Source: an uncultured Candidatus Actinomarina sp.
GTDB lineage: Bacteria; Actinomycetota; Acidimicrobiia; Actinomarinales; Actinomarinaceae
Length of the DNA stretch: 64,000 nucleotides
Assembly: GCA_902634185.1 (NCBI GenBank)
Contig: CACPJC010000003.1
Span: 96,001 to 160,000 of the forward strand
Direction: 5' to 3'
Shown piece after piece: positions 1 to 8,514 of this stretch (the stretch's first letter is position 1; each line of letters begins with the position of its first letter). The position numbers were made by a program, and so were the translations under genes. The notes under the pieces were generated by a model, which had not been told where the DNA came from, did not search any database, and saw nothing but the letters and a program-made list of their open reading frames with translations.

Positions 1-1003
1 GATTTACTCCATTAATTAATTTTTGAATCTCTTTTACAAAAATTTTTTTATTTAATGATCTATACATTTCAGAAATTCCTGTCCTGAAATATTTTTTCCC
101 TAGTTTGAGCATTCCGGGGAAAGTCAAAACTTTTGTTAAATCTACAAAATTAATATCTGTCCATTTATATCCTTCTTTTGAAAAAGCCAGTACTGCATTT
201 GGTCCAGCCTCAATGTCACCATTTGCAGTTTTTGTTAAATGTATACCTAGGAATGGAAGATCAGGATCAGCCAATGGATAAATCATATTGTTTAGAATTT
301 TATTTTTTGTGTTACTTATTTTGTAATACTCTCCCCTAAAAGGAATTATTTTTACATTTGGAGACATATTGTCTAATTTTGCAATTTCATCTGAGAAAAG
401 GCCTGCACAATTAATTAAAAATTCACAGTTGTATGTATATTTATTTCCCGAAATAGATTTCAAACCATTTTTATTTTCAATCTCTTTTATTTCCTCAATA
501 TATTTTATTTCTCCGCCCATCTCTATAAAATCATTTGCATATGCCTGAACAACTTCTTTATAGTCGACAACTCCTGCCTGAGGAACAAAAAGTCCATTTA
601 ACATTACTGAATTTGGTTCAATAGAAAGAAGTTCATCATTTTGAACAATTTTTACACCTTCCATCTCTAAATCAATACTTCTTTCTAATAAACTCTCTAA
701 TTTATCAAGATCATTATCAACTACTATCTTTCCTTCTTGCCGAAAGTTAATATTTTTCTTTTGTAAATATTCAACGAGTAAATTTCTTCCTTTTATAGAA
801 AGTTCAGACTTACTTGAATTTGGCTTATAGTAGATTCCTGAATGAATGACTCCTGAATTACGTCCAGATTGATGAAGTCCTGGTTCTTTTTCTTTTTCAA
901 GAACAACAACACTTAGATTTTGTTTTTGTAAGTGAAGAGCTGTAGACAAACCAACGATTCCAGCTCCAATCACTGCATAGTCATATGTGTTATTTAAATT
1001 CAT
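1..1003 (-). CDS. lhgO: L-2-hydroxyglutarate oxidase (FAD-dependent oxidoreductase), 3' end runs off the window
   Basis: Not in the ORF track. Manual translation from ATG at 1003 gives MNLNNTYDYAVIGAGIVGLSTA...EKEKEPGLHQSGRNSGVIHSGIYYKPNS (Rossmann GxGxxG plus the LhgO-type SGRNSGVIHSG motif), later PFLGIHLT and GPNAV. Confidence 0.8.
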   Translation of the reverse strand, partial: MNLNNTYDYAVIGAGIVGLSTALHLQKQNLSVVVLEKEKEPGLHQSGRNSGVIHSGIYYKPNSSKSELSIKGRNLLVEYLQKKNINFRQEGKIVVDNDLDKLESLLERSIDLEMEGVKIVQNDELLSIEPNSVMLNGLFVPQAGVVDYKEVVQAYANDFIEMGGEIKYIEEIKEIENKNGLKSISGNKYTYNCEFLINCAGLFSDEIAKLDNMSPNVKIIPFRGEYYKISNTKNKILNNMIYPLADPDLPFLGIHLTKTANGDIEAGPNAVLAFSKEGYKWTDINFVDLTKVLTFPGMLKLGKKYFRTGISEMYRSLNKKIFVKEIQKLINGVN

Positions 1004-1005
1004 TT

Positions 1006-1346
1006 TGGTGGAGGTGCGGGGAGTCGAACCCCGGTCCTTTTAAGCTACCCAACAGCTTCTCCGAGCGCATCTGGTGAAATACTATTGAGAGAGTCACCAG
1101 AAACAAATTCTCAATAGTTTCTACCTTAAATCTTAAAAGTTAGCCGGTAATCTAACTTAGCATCCCACATTTCGACGCCGATACTACCCGAGGTGGGAGC
1201 CCCGATAGTCGACGAGCAACAATTAAGCTGCTACGGCCAATTTAGGTTTGGCAGTTATCTTTTTTTTCCTACGTTTTTAATGAGGCCCTAGGACCCTCAG
1301 CTCGCTACTGAGAGGCTCGCTTCAAAGTCGAAGCCAGTTCACCCCC
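1006..1346 (-). ncRNA. ssrA: tmRNA (SsrA), tag peptide (A)AKPKLAVAA
   Basis: 5' GGGGGUGAACUGGCUUCGAC and 3' GGACCGGGGUUCGACUCCCCGCACCUCCACCA form an Ala-type acceptor stem (G3-U) and T-arm. The internal frame after AUAACU reads GCC AAA CCU AAA UUG GCC GUA GCA GCU UAA (1252..1223). smpB lies nearby. Confidence 0.97.
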
Positions 1347-1354
1347 ATATCACT

Positions 1355-1383
1355 ATTATGCCTTTACAATAGTTATTAGCCAA
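1355..1383 (-). promoter_or_regulatory. Putative sigma70-type promoter of ssrA
   Basis: Minus strand TTGGCT-17 nt-CATAAT ending 8 nt before the mature tmRNA 5' end. Confidence 0.45.
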
Positions 1384-1397
1384 TACATATTTATTAT

Positions 1398-2045
1398 ATG
1401 AAAATTGATAAACAAACTTTTGATTTAGAAGAAGAACTAAGTATCTCAATAGATTTTGAGGACAATGATGGTTTGATATTTATACCTAAAAATGTAAATG
1501 TAGAAATTAAAATAGCTAACTATTTTGGAAAAATAGTTATAAATAATTTATCTATTAAACATCTTGAAGATGAGCTCTCCCTGTCAAAAGTTGGATTAGA
1601 GCAAAACCTAAATAATCTAGATCTTAAACTTCTCGATAGATTTTTATTTAAGCAGTTGAGTGATAAAGCAACGTTTAATTATTCACCATTCGATTCGTTT
1701 TTAGAATATGATTTTTCTGTATATGAAAAATCAAGAAGACCGAGTGATCTTGATTGGTCTATGTTTGCATCCCTATATGTTTTTGCTTGTAATGTCATTC
1801 CCGAATCAATTAAAGTAGAGTTAACTCTTGCAAAATATTTAAGAGTATCTGAAGAAGTTTTTAAAAGACTATTAAAGAAAATTCCAGACAAAATATTTAG
1901 AAAAACAGGACACCTTGAATCTAGAGGTGGTAATTTAACTTTCGATGCTGAAGAGTTAATAAAGAAAAATCTTAACGACACTCAGGCAAAATTATTTGAA
2001 GAAAGTCCTTTTTTGAAATTTCATTCAGGTTCTGATTTGGTCTGA
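1398..2045 (+). CDS. Hypothetical protein, possible C-terminal winged HTH (DUF6214-like)
   Basis: 215-aa ORF. The C-terminus LAKYLRVSEEVFKRLLKK...RGGNLTFDAEELI loosely resembles actinobacterial HTH proteins. Confidence 0.4.
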   Translation: MKIDKQTFDLEEELSISIDFEDNDGLIFIPKNVNVEIKIANYFGKIVINNLSIKHLEDELSLSKVGLEQNLNNLDLKLLDRFLFKQLSDKATFNYSPFDSFLEYDFSVYEKSRRPSDLDWSMFASLYVFACNVIPESIKVELTLAKYLRVSEEVFKRLLKKIPDKIFRKTGHLESRGGNLTFDAEELIKKNLNDTQAKLFEESPFLKFHSGSDLV

Positions 2046-2464
2046 GCTCTGCTGACCATTGATATAACCTTACCAACATCAATTTCCCATATTTCTCTGG
2101 ATTTGAATCCTGCTTGCTCCCAAGTAACATCTTCTGTTCTACCATAAGGTTTACCTGAATATCTATTTGATAAATAATCTATGTGGTCATTTGCAGTCGA
2201 ATCTTGAACAATATTTTTAACAACACCCCTTATCTCCCAACATGTATACATATCAGATGGATGAAATATAACGAGTGAAATATTTGGTTCCTTCCTTATG
2301 TTTTCTGTTTTTTTTCTTCCTTGTTCTGTGTTGATAAGAATTTTATTATCTTTGTAATCAACCCACATTAAATGATTCTGCATCTCTTTTTCATTGATTT
2401 TGGTTGATAATGCACAAAAAGCATTGTTATCAATTGCTTGCTTAAGTTCATCTGGAAGTTGCAT
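2021..2464 (-). CDS. PPOX-class putative F420-dependent oxidoreductase
   Basis: MWVDY...INTEQGRKKTENIRKEPNISL...EIRG...HIDYLSNRYSGKPY pattern; cofD/cofE are in the same window. Confidence 0.8.
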   Translation of the reverse strand: MQLPDELKQAIDNNAFCALSTKINEKEMQNHLMWVDYKDNKILINTEQGRKKTENIRKEPNISLVIFHPSDMYTCWEIRGVVKNIVQDSTANDHIDYLSNRYSGKPYGRTEDVTWEQAGFKSREIWEIDVGKVISMVSRAQTKSEPE

Positions 2465-2494
2465 ACGCTTTTATTTTAAGTAAAAATTACTTAT

Positions 2495-3058
2495 ATGGCA
2501 TTTATAAAATTATTCAAATTTGAAGAATCATCTGGCTTATTAAAAAAAGAGTATGAAAAAGGTATGCGCAGAGCTGGAAGAATTTGGAATGTGCTTACAA
2601 TTCAATCACAAACTCCTGAAATATTAAAAGACTCAATGAATCTATATGGATCAACAATGTTTGGTAATTCAAATATTTCAAGGTTCGATAGTGAATTATT
2701 AGCTGTCGTTACTTCTATTTCAAACGAATGTGAATATTGAATACGAGCACATTTATATGATCTTCGGTCGGAGACAGATAATCAAAAATTAGTAGATGAA
2801 ATAGCAGAGGATTGGACCAAAAGCTCTATCTCACCAATACAAATGGCAATGTGTGAATTTGCTAAAAAATTAACGGAAAATCCAAATAAAGTTAATGAAA
2901 AAGATATTGAATTATTGAGAAGTTACGATTTATCAGATAAAGATATTTCACAAATCGTACAAATTATTGCATATTTTAATTATATAAATAGAGTCGCAGA
3001 TGGACTTGGATTAGAACCAGAAGAATTCATAGATAAAAAAGGTTATAAAAACAAATAA
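2495..3058 (+). CDS. AhpD/carboxymuconolactone decarboxylase-family peroxidase-related protein, putative selenoprotein (CxxU, Sec82)
   Basis: ORFs 2495..2740 and 2843..3058 are in the same frame with one TGA (2738-2740) and no other stop between them. Read-through gives ELLAVVTSISNECEY-U-IRAH...AYFNYINRVADGLG, 187 aa. Confidence 0.85.
2753..2781 (+). promoter_or_regulatory. Candidate bacterial SECIS hairpin
   Basis: UUAU-A-UG-A-UCUUC-[GGUC]-GGAGA-CA-G-AUAA. The apical loop starts with G, with 25 nt between the UGA and the loop. Confidence 0.65.
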
Positions 3059-3096
3059 ATATTGTTTCATTGTTTTTCAAGATATAACATTAAACA

Positions 3097-4017
3097 ATGA
3101 GTAACAACTCAAGATTAGTTATATTGTTCATTGCATTAACTGGAATAGCAGGATTGTCATTTTTTATATTTTCTGAGAATAATGTTGATCAGCAAACTAA
3201 TATCCAATCAGAGGCTGAAATTGAAACGACTACAACAATTTCAATTAATTCAACAACATCAACTTCTACTCCAACAACATTGATGGAAACAACTACAACA
3301 ACATCTACAACTAGTACGAGCACTACAACTACAACTACTATTCCACCAAATCAGACAGCAATATTTGCTACACAAGAAGAAATAAATAATAGTAAAAAAA
3401 TTTCTTATGATTACTTACAAAGTGGCTGTAAAAAAGATGAGCCTAATAATACAGATGAAGAATGGATAAAACCTCTTGAGGTATTTACATACGACGAAAA
3501 TAAAATAAATTTCAACTTAAAAATAGAGTCAACACTTCAACTAAAAGTTGATTGTATCGGAAAGCTAATCACTTCAATCCTCAATGATTCAAGAGGTTGG
3601 ATTAAAGTAACCGAGAAAGAGTTTCAGATAGTTGATAATGTCGAAAGTGAATTTGAATTCATTTTTGCATCGCCCGAAAAAACTGATGAGTTATGTTATC
3701 CACTCGAGACAAATGGAATATATTCATGTAGAAATGAACAACAAATTATTATTAATTTTTTTAGATGGGTTAATGGTGCAATTGATTTTGGATCTGATTT
3801 AGAAACGTATAGATTGTATCTTATCAATCATGAAGTTGGACATATTTTAGAATGGGGTCATGTTGGTTGTCCAAAAGAAGGTGCTTTAGCACCAGTAATG
3901 ATGCAACAAAGTAAATCTACCATGGGTTGCGAACCTTATGGATGGCCAATTTATGAAATTTTAGAAAAAGAATTTGGTATTAATACTTATTCTTATCTGC
4001 CCGAAATTGATAATTAA
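3097..4017 (+). CDS. DUF3152-domain membrane-anchored protein (putative zinc metallopeptidase) with Thr/Ser-rich linker
   Basis: N-terminal TM helix, Thr-rich stalk, ILNDSRGW, YSCRN, YRLYLINHEVGHILEWGH (HExxH) and APVMMQQS motifs. Confidence 0.8.
   Translation: MSNNSRLVILFIALTGIAGLSFFIFSENNVDQQTNIQSEAEIETTTTISINSTTSTSTPTTLMETTTTTSTTSTSTTTTTTIPPNQTAIFATQEEINNSKKISYDYLQSGCKKDEPNNTDEEWIKPLEVFTYDENKINFNLKIESTLQLKVDCIGKLITSILNDSRGWIKVTEKEFQIVDNVESEFEFIFASPEKTDELCYPLETNGIYSCRNEQQIIINFFRWVNGAIDFGSDLETYRLYLINHEVGHILEWGHVGCPKEGALAPVMMQQSKSTMGCEPYGWPIYEILEKEFGINTYSYLPEIDN
3226..3342 (+). repeat. Low-complexity Thr/Ser codon repeat (ACA/ACT)
   Basis: Encodes TTTTISINSTTSTSTPTTLMETTTTTSTTSTSTTTTTTI. 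Confidence 0.8.
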
Positions 4018-4094
4018 TTGGTGCCAGTAACAACTAATTGGTTATATCATTATCACTAAATTTAATTGTTATAACAAATACTTTTTTTATTTTT

Positions 4095-5021
4095 TTAAAT
4101 ATTTAAAACGCTTGAAAGCTCACCATTCAAAATATCTGAGACATTTTGCACAGTCTCTAAACCTGCTTTTAATTGTGCTTCATAAGTTGATGCACCAAGA
4201 TGAGGAGTGGTAACAATGTTTGATTTTGAAAATGTTTCATTAACATCAGGTGGTTCTTGACTAAACACATCTAGGCCGGCAAAAATAAAGTCTTCATTTG
4301 CTTTTTGGAAAAGAGATTCTTCATCAATTATTCCTCCTCTTGATGTATTTACTAAAATTCCACCTTTTTTGATTAAATTAAGCTTTTCATTATTGATCAA
4401 GTTTGTTGTCTCTTCAGTTTTTACAACATGAATTGATATAACATCTGATGTTTTCAATAGTTCGTCAAGATCAACTTTTTTAGCCTCTATTGTAGAACTA
4501 TCTACATAAGGATCATAAAAAACTATATTCATTCCAAATGCAGCTAATCTTTTTGCAACTTCTTTAGCCGCTTTTCCAAAGCCAACTAATCCTAATTGTT
4601 TTTGATAAAGTTCAGTTCCAAGAAATTTGTTCCTATCCCATTTTTTATCTTTGAGGGAATTATTTGATACATGAATTTTTCTAGCAGCAGAAATGATGAG
4701 CCCAATTGTTAATTCAGCAACTGAAATTATATTTGCATTTGGCGAATTAGTAACATAAATTTTTTTATTGGTTGCTTCCTCTATATCAACGTTGTCTACT
4801 CCTACTCCACACCTTGCAATAATTTTTAAATTGTTTGCATTTTCTAAAATATCTTTATTTATTTTGGTACCACTTCTAATAACAACAATCTCCGTATCGA
4901 CGATATTACTTTTCAAATCTTCCGTTTTTGTTTTGGATTCAGAAATATTTGTAATTTCACCAAGCTCTTCAAATTTATCTAAAACTTTTTCTTCTAACCT
5001 GTCGCAAACTAAGATTTTCAT
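4095..5021 (-). CDS. serA: D-3-phosphoglycerate dehydrogenase-like D-2-hydroxyacid dehydrogenase (no ACT domain)
   Basis: IARCGVGVDNVD, NSPNANIISVAE, VNTSRGGIIDE and TPHLGASTYEAQ motifs. Confidence 0.75.
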   Translation of the reverse strand: MKILVCDRLEEKVLDKFEELGEITNISESKTKTEDLKSNIVDTEIVVIRSGTKINKDILENANNLKIIARCGVGVDNVDIEEATNKKIYVTNSPNANIISVAELTIGLIISAARKIHVSNNSLKDKKWDRNKFLGTELYQKQLGLVGFGKAAKEVAKRLAAFGMNIVFYDPYVDSSTIEAKKVDLDELLKTSDVISIHVVKTEETTNLINNEKLNLIKKGGILVNTSRGGIIDEESLFQKANEDFIFAGLDVFSQEPPDVNETFSKSNIVTTPHLGASTYEAQLKAGLETVQNVSDILNGELSSVLNI

Positions 5022-5022
5022 A

Positions 5023-5817
5023 TTATTTATTTTTTAATTTCTCTAATGCTAACTCATGGAGTTCTTTAGAGGCTGAGGCTAAAACATAAACATCTTTATC
5101 ATCGAATAGAAGTCTGTTGCCATCCCAGTCTGTCATGACACCACCTGAGCCTTCAACAATTTTTATTAGTGGTAAATAATCATGAGGAGCAGTAAGTTTT
5201 TCGGCAACAATATCTACATACCCACTAGCTAACAATCCATAGTTATAACAGTCACTTCCAGTGGTCGTAACTTTAACACTCTCTTCAAGAGATTGGTAAG
5301 CTCTCCATTTCTTCATACCAAATTGATGACTTGAAGTTGTTGCCATAACTGAATTTTCAAGTTTGTCGATTTTTCTACATTGAATAATATTTCCATTTAC
5401 CATAGTTACATTTTTCTCAAAGGAAACCCATCTTTCTTTTAAGGCTGGGCAGTCAATTACTCCTCCAATAATCTCATCATTTTTGACCAGTCCAATCAAA
5501 GTTCCAAAATCATTTTTTCCAGCTATAAAACTTCTGGTTCCATCAATTGGGTCGATATACCATGTATATTGAGATTCATTATTAAGAACTTCAAACTCTT
5601 CACCGACAATATTATGCATTGGATACTTTTTTTCTATTTCTCTTCTAATTACTTGTTCAATTTGTTTATCCGCAAGCGTAACTGGACTTTCATCAACTTT
5701 AATTGTCATATCCCTTATGTCGCGAAAATGAGCTAATGCAATTTTTCCAGAAATATCTAGAGTTTCATTACAAAAATTTATAAAATCTTGAGAATCTATT
5801 TTATTATCCAACATCAC
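5023..5817 (-). CDS. hisN: Inositol monophosphatase family protein, likely histidinol-phosphatase
   Basis: SPVTLAD, GEEF, WYIDPIDGTRSF, DCYNYGLLASG and GGVMTDWDG motifs. Confidence 0.7.
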   Translation of the reverse strand: MMLDNKIDSQDFINFCNETLDISGKIALAHFRDIRDMTIKVDESPVTLADKQIEQVIRREIEKKYPMHNIVGEEFEVLNNESQYTWYIDPIDGTRSFIAGKNDFGTLIGLVKNDEIIGGVIDCPALKERWVSFEKNVTMVNGNIIQCRKIDKLENSVMATTSSHQFGMKKWRAYQSLEESVKVTTTGSDCYNYGLLASGYVDIVAEKLTAPHDYLPLIKIVEGSGGVMTDWDGNRLLFDDKDVYVLASASKELHELALEKLKNK

Positions 5818-5822
5818 TCAAA

Positions 5823-6083
5823 TTATAAAGAATTTAGTTTATCTATGAGTTCAACATCAGATGGTTCAACTAAATAGCTTCCATCTTCAAATACTATGGT
5901 TGGTATCCTAGGATTTTGATTTTGTAATTTCTTAGCTATTTCATATCCATCTTTATCAAAGTCAATATCAATTTCAGTAAATTTGATATTCAACTTATCA
6001 AAAACTTTCTTCGATCTTACACAGTCTCCACACCACTGTGTGCTGTACATGATAATTCCTGATTGATTATCCATTTGAACCAA
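5823..6083 (-). CDS. Glutaredoxin/mycoredoxin-like protein
   Basis: MYSTQWCGDC active site and IPTIVFEDGSYLVEPS. Confidence 0.8.
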   Translation of the reverse strand: MVQMDNQSGIIMYSTQWCGDCVRSKKVFDKLNIKFTEIDIDFDKDGYEIAKKLQNQNPRIPTIVFEDGSYLVEPSDVELIDKLNSL

Positions 6084-6327
6084 ATGGATCAGTTAATACT
6101 GAGAGTAATTCACTAAGTTTTCCAAGGTTCTCGAATAATGGCTCTAATTGATTAAAGTTATCAACTGCTTCTTCAATTTCAGGAAGCACAGTTTTCATAT
6201 CCTCTATTGTTAGTAGCGCAGTTTCTAATTGACCTGATAGCTCATTTACCGTATTTTGAATATTTAAAATAAAGAATCCGAACAACAAAAGTATTAGTAC
6301 TTGTAAAACTAATACAATTCGTAACAC
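6067..6327 (-). CDS. Small membrane-anchored coiled-coil hypothetical protein
   Basis: N-terminal hydrophobic helix followed by a heptad-like region; tightly packed between trxA and the glutaredoxin gene. Confidence 0.6.
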   Translation of the reverse strand: MLRIVLVLQVLILLLFGFFILNIQNTVNELSGQLETALLTIEDMKTVLPEIEEAVDNFNQLEPLFENLGKLSELLSVLTDPFGSNG

Positions 6328-6329
6328 TA

Positions 6330-6641
6330 TTAACCTAGTGAAGTAATTTTTTCTTTTATAACTTCTTTTGGTTGAACGCCAACAAATCTGTCTTTAACTT
6401 CACCATCTTTTAAAATAACTACGGTTGGTACGCCCATAACTTGATTTTGTCCGGCAATTTGGGGATGTTGATCAACGTCAAGTTTAACGAACTCAACACC
6501 TTCTATTTCATCATCTAATTCTTCTAAAATTGGACTCAATACTTTACATGGTCCACACCAAGTAGCATGAAAATCAATAACAACTGGATTAGATGAATTT
6601 ACAATTTCTGAATATTCTTCAGCATTTATTTCTTTTACCAT
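6330..6641 (-). CDS. trxA: Thioredoxin
   Basis: DFHATWCGPCK motif and GVPT. Confidence 0.95.
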   Translation of the reverse strand: MVKEINAEEYSEIVNSSNPVVIDFHATWCGPCKVLSPILEELDDEIEGVEFVKLDVDQHPQIAGQNQVMGVPTVVILKDGEVKDRFVGVQPKEVIKEKITSLG

Positions 6642-6706
6642 TATTTCCTTTAATTTCTTATTAAGTTTATAAATTATAAATTTATAAAAGTAATTTAAAA
6701 AAGAAA

Positions 6707-7141
6707 TTATTTAAAGTCTCTAATTTCTTTTCTAACTCTTTTATCTGTAATCTTTCTTCTTTTGTCGATATCTTTTTTACCTTTTGCAAGAGCTAGTTGA
6801 ATTTTAATATAGCCATTTTGCTCAAAGACTTTTGTTGCAATAAGGGTAAGGCCTTTTGTCGATATTAATCCGATAAGTCTTTTTATTTCTTTTTTATGGA
6901 GCAAAAGTTTTCTGGGGGTTTTGGGGTCATAATCAATTAAGTCAGCATATTTGTAAGGTTCAATATTCATTTCTCTTATTACAGCTTCTTCTTCCTCTAT
7001 TGTGGCAAATGCATCAATAATCGAGATTCCTCCATTTCTTGCACTTTTTGTTTCGGGACCAGTAAGAACAACTCCAGCTTCAAAAAATTCAAGAAATTCA
7101 TAGGAATTTCTTGCTTTACGATTCTCTGCAAAAACTTTCAT
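6707..7141 (-). CDS. smpB: SsrA-binding protein
   Basis: ENRKAR, EAGVVLTGPETKS, RKLLLHKKEI and LAKGKK motifs. Confidence 0.95.
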   Translation of the reverse strand: MKVFAENRKARNSYEFLEFFEAGVVLTGPETKSARNGGISIIDAFATIEEEEAVIREMNIEPYKYADLIDYDPKTPRKLLLHKKEIKRLIGLISTKGLTLIATKVFEQNGYIKIQLALAKGKKDIDKRRKITDKRVRKEIRDFK

Positions 7142-8514
7142 CTATCTAAAAAGCAATAAGGATTCATTCTTCCTCTAGAAGTAGGATCTAAGTAAGGAAG
7201 GCTACAACTAACAGAATTTGGATTCTTTAATCTTACTTCAAAATGTAAGTGTGGACCTGTTGACCTACCTGTTGTACCTACAGTACCAATAACATCACCT
7301 GTAATAACAGTCTGCCCAACAGATGCTCGTATTTCATTCATATGAAAATAAAGTGTCGTCATTCCACCACCATGATCAATAAAAACAGTTCTACCAGCCA
7401 ATCCGTAGTATCTAGCAAGAATGACTACTCCTCCAGCTGCCGCTTTTATAGGCGTACCTGTTCTTCCTGGAATATCTATAGCTCCATGAAAACTTGTTGT
7501 GCCTCTGAATCTTCTCCACTTATAACCACTTGAAACATAACTTCCAGTAATAGGCCAAGTTAACTTATTTGGAGCTACTCCACCAAGAGTGCTTAATCTG
7601 TTAATGTCAGCCTGGATAGCATCTTCAAGTTTTTCAAGATTTGCGTGTTCAGCATCTAATTTGGCCAATTGATTATTTGCTTCTGTTAAAAGGTTCTGAG
7701 CTTTCTTTCTTTCTGCTAAAACAGCAGCCTTTTTATTTTCGACTTGACGCTTTTCCCTTTCTACTCTATTTTTACTTTCCTCAACTTCATCTGCGTACTC
7801 TTCAGCCTCGATAGAAATCTGATTCTTCTTTTCCTCTTCAACTTGAAGAGAGGAAATTATTTCTTCTCTTTCTTCTTCACGTTCTGATAAGAACTCTGTT
7901 TGAGTTTCTGACAAACTCTCAAATGAATTTAAGGACTCAATAATTTCATAAGCTGTATTTACGATTGCAGATGCATAACCTAATGCAGCCAGAAAGTCAG
8001 ATAATTCATTCAAATTTATAAATAAAGCTGTTGCTGGACTCATAACCCCATTGATGTACATATCTACAGCTTTCACTTGTAACTCATCCTTCGCTGAATT
8101 TAGATTCTTTTGAGTTTCAAATAGTTCATCTTTTACTTTTATAATTTCATTTTTAGTTGTTCCTAATTTAACTTGTTCATTTACAATATTTTGTTGAACA
8201 GCCGCAAGATTATCAAGAGATTCATCATATCCTTCAAGCGCCTTTTCAAGTGCAAGCTCAGCTGCACCAAGTCTTCTTTGAACTTCAGCTAGCTCAGCAT
8301 TAACTTTTTTAAGTGACGAGTCATTTGCTAAAATTGCTTTTTCTAAATCTGTTTTATCACCTTCGTATTGTTTAATTTGGTTTGCAATTGCAATAAGCTG
8401 CTTTTCTACTTCTTCGAGTCTCTCCTCGGCAGTGATTGCAAAAGAATGATCAACAAATATTGTCTGTATAAAAATTAGAAATAATATTAGAATTGAAAAG
8501 AATTTTTTAGTCAT
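7138..8514 (-). CDS. EnvC-like murein hydrolase activator / M23 peptidase with long coiled coil
   Basis: Signal peptide, coiled coil, HGAID and STGPHLHFEVR M23 motifs; directly downstream of ftsEX. Confidence 0.88.
   Translation of the reverse strand: MTKKFFSILILFLIFIQTIFVDHSFAITAEERLEEVEKQLIAIANQIKQYEGDKTDLEKAILANDSSLKKVNAELAEVQRRLGAAELALEKALEGYDESLDNLAAVQQNIVNEQVKLGTTKNEIIKVKDELFETQKNLNSAKDELQVKAVDMYINGVMSPATALFINLNELSDFLAALGYASAIVNTAYEIIESLNSFESLSETQTEFLSEREEEREEIISSLQVEEEKKNQISIEAEEYADEVEESKNRVEREKRQVENKKAAVLAERKKAQNLLTEANNQLAKLDAEHANLEKLEDAIQADINRLSTLGGVAPNKLTWPITGSYVSSGYKWRRFRGTTSFHGAIDIPGRTGTPIKAAAGGVVILARYYGLAGRTVFIDHGGGMTTLYFHMNEIRASVGQTVITGDVIGTVGTTGRSTGPHLHFEVRLKNPNSVSCSLPYLDPTSRGRMNPYCFLDR

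Noticed and set aside
1006-1040. tRNA gene or prophage attachment site
   Set aside because: The T-arm and CCA belong to tmRNA. No duplicated 3' fragment or integrase was seen in the window.
2738-2740. Genome-wide TGA reassignment (Trp or Gly) as the explanation of the in-frame TGA
   Set aside because: RF2 with its UGA-sensing frameshift is present, many genes end in TGA (e.g. ATGA overlaps at pyrF/pyrD/pyrE), Trp is encoded by TGG, and the position aligns to a catalytic Cys.
2495-3058. Pseudogene or two independent small genes
   Set aside because: The frame is intact on both sides, the stop falls exactly on the redox Cys position, and a SECIS-like hairpin follows. A nonsense mutation is less parsimonious but not fully excluded.
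3226-3342. CRISPR-like or contingency repeat
   Set aside because: Imperfect ACA/ACT codon runs encoding a Thr-rich linker, with no repeat-spacer periodicity. No cas genes were seen in the window.
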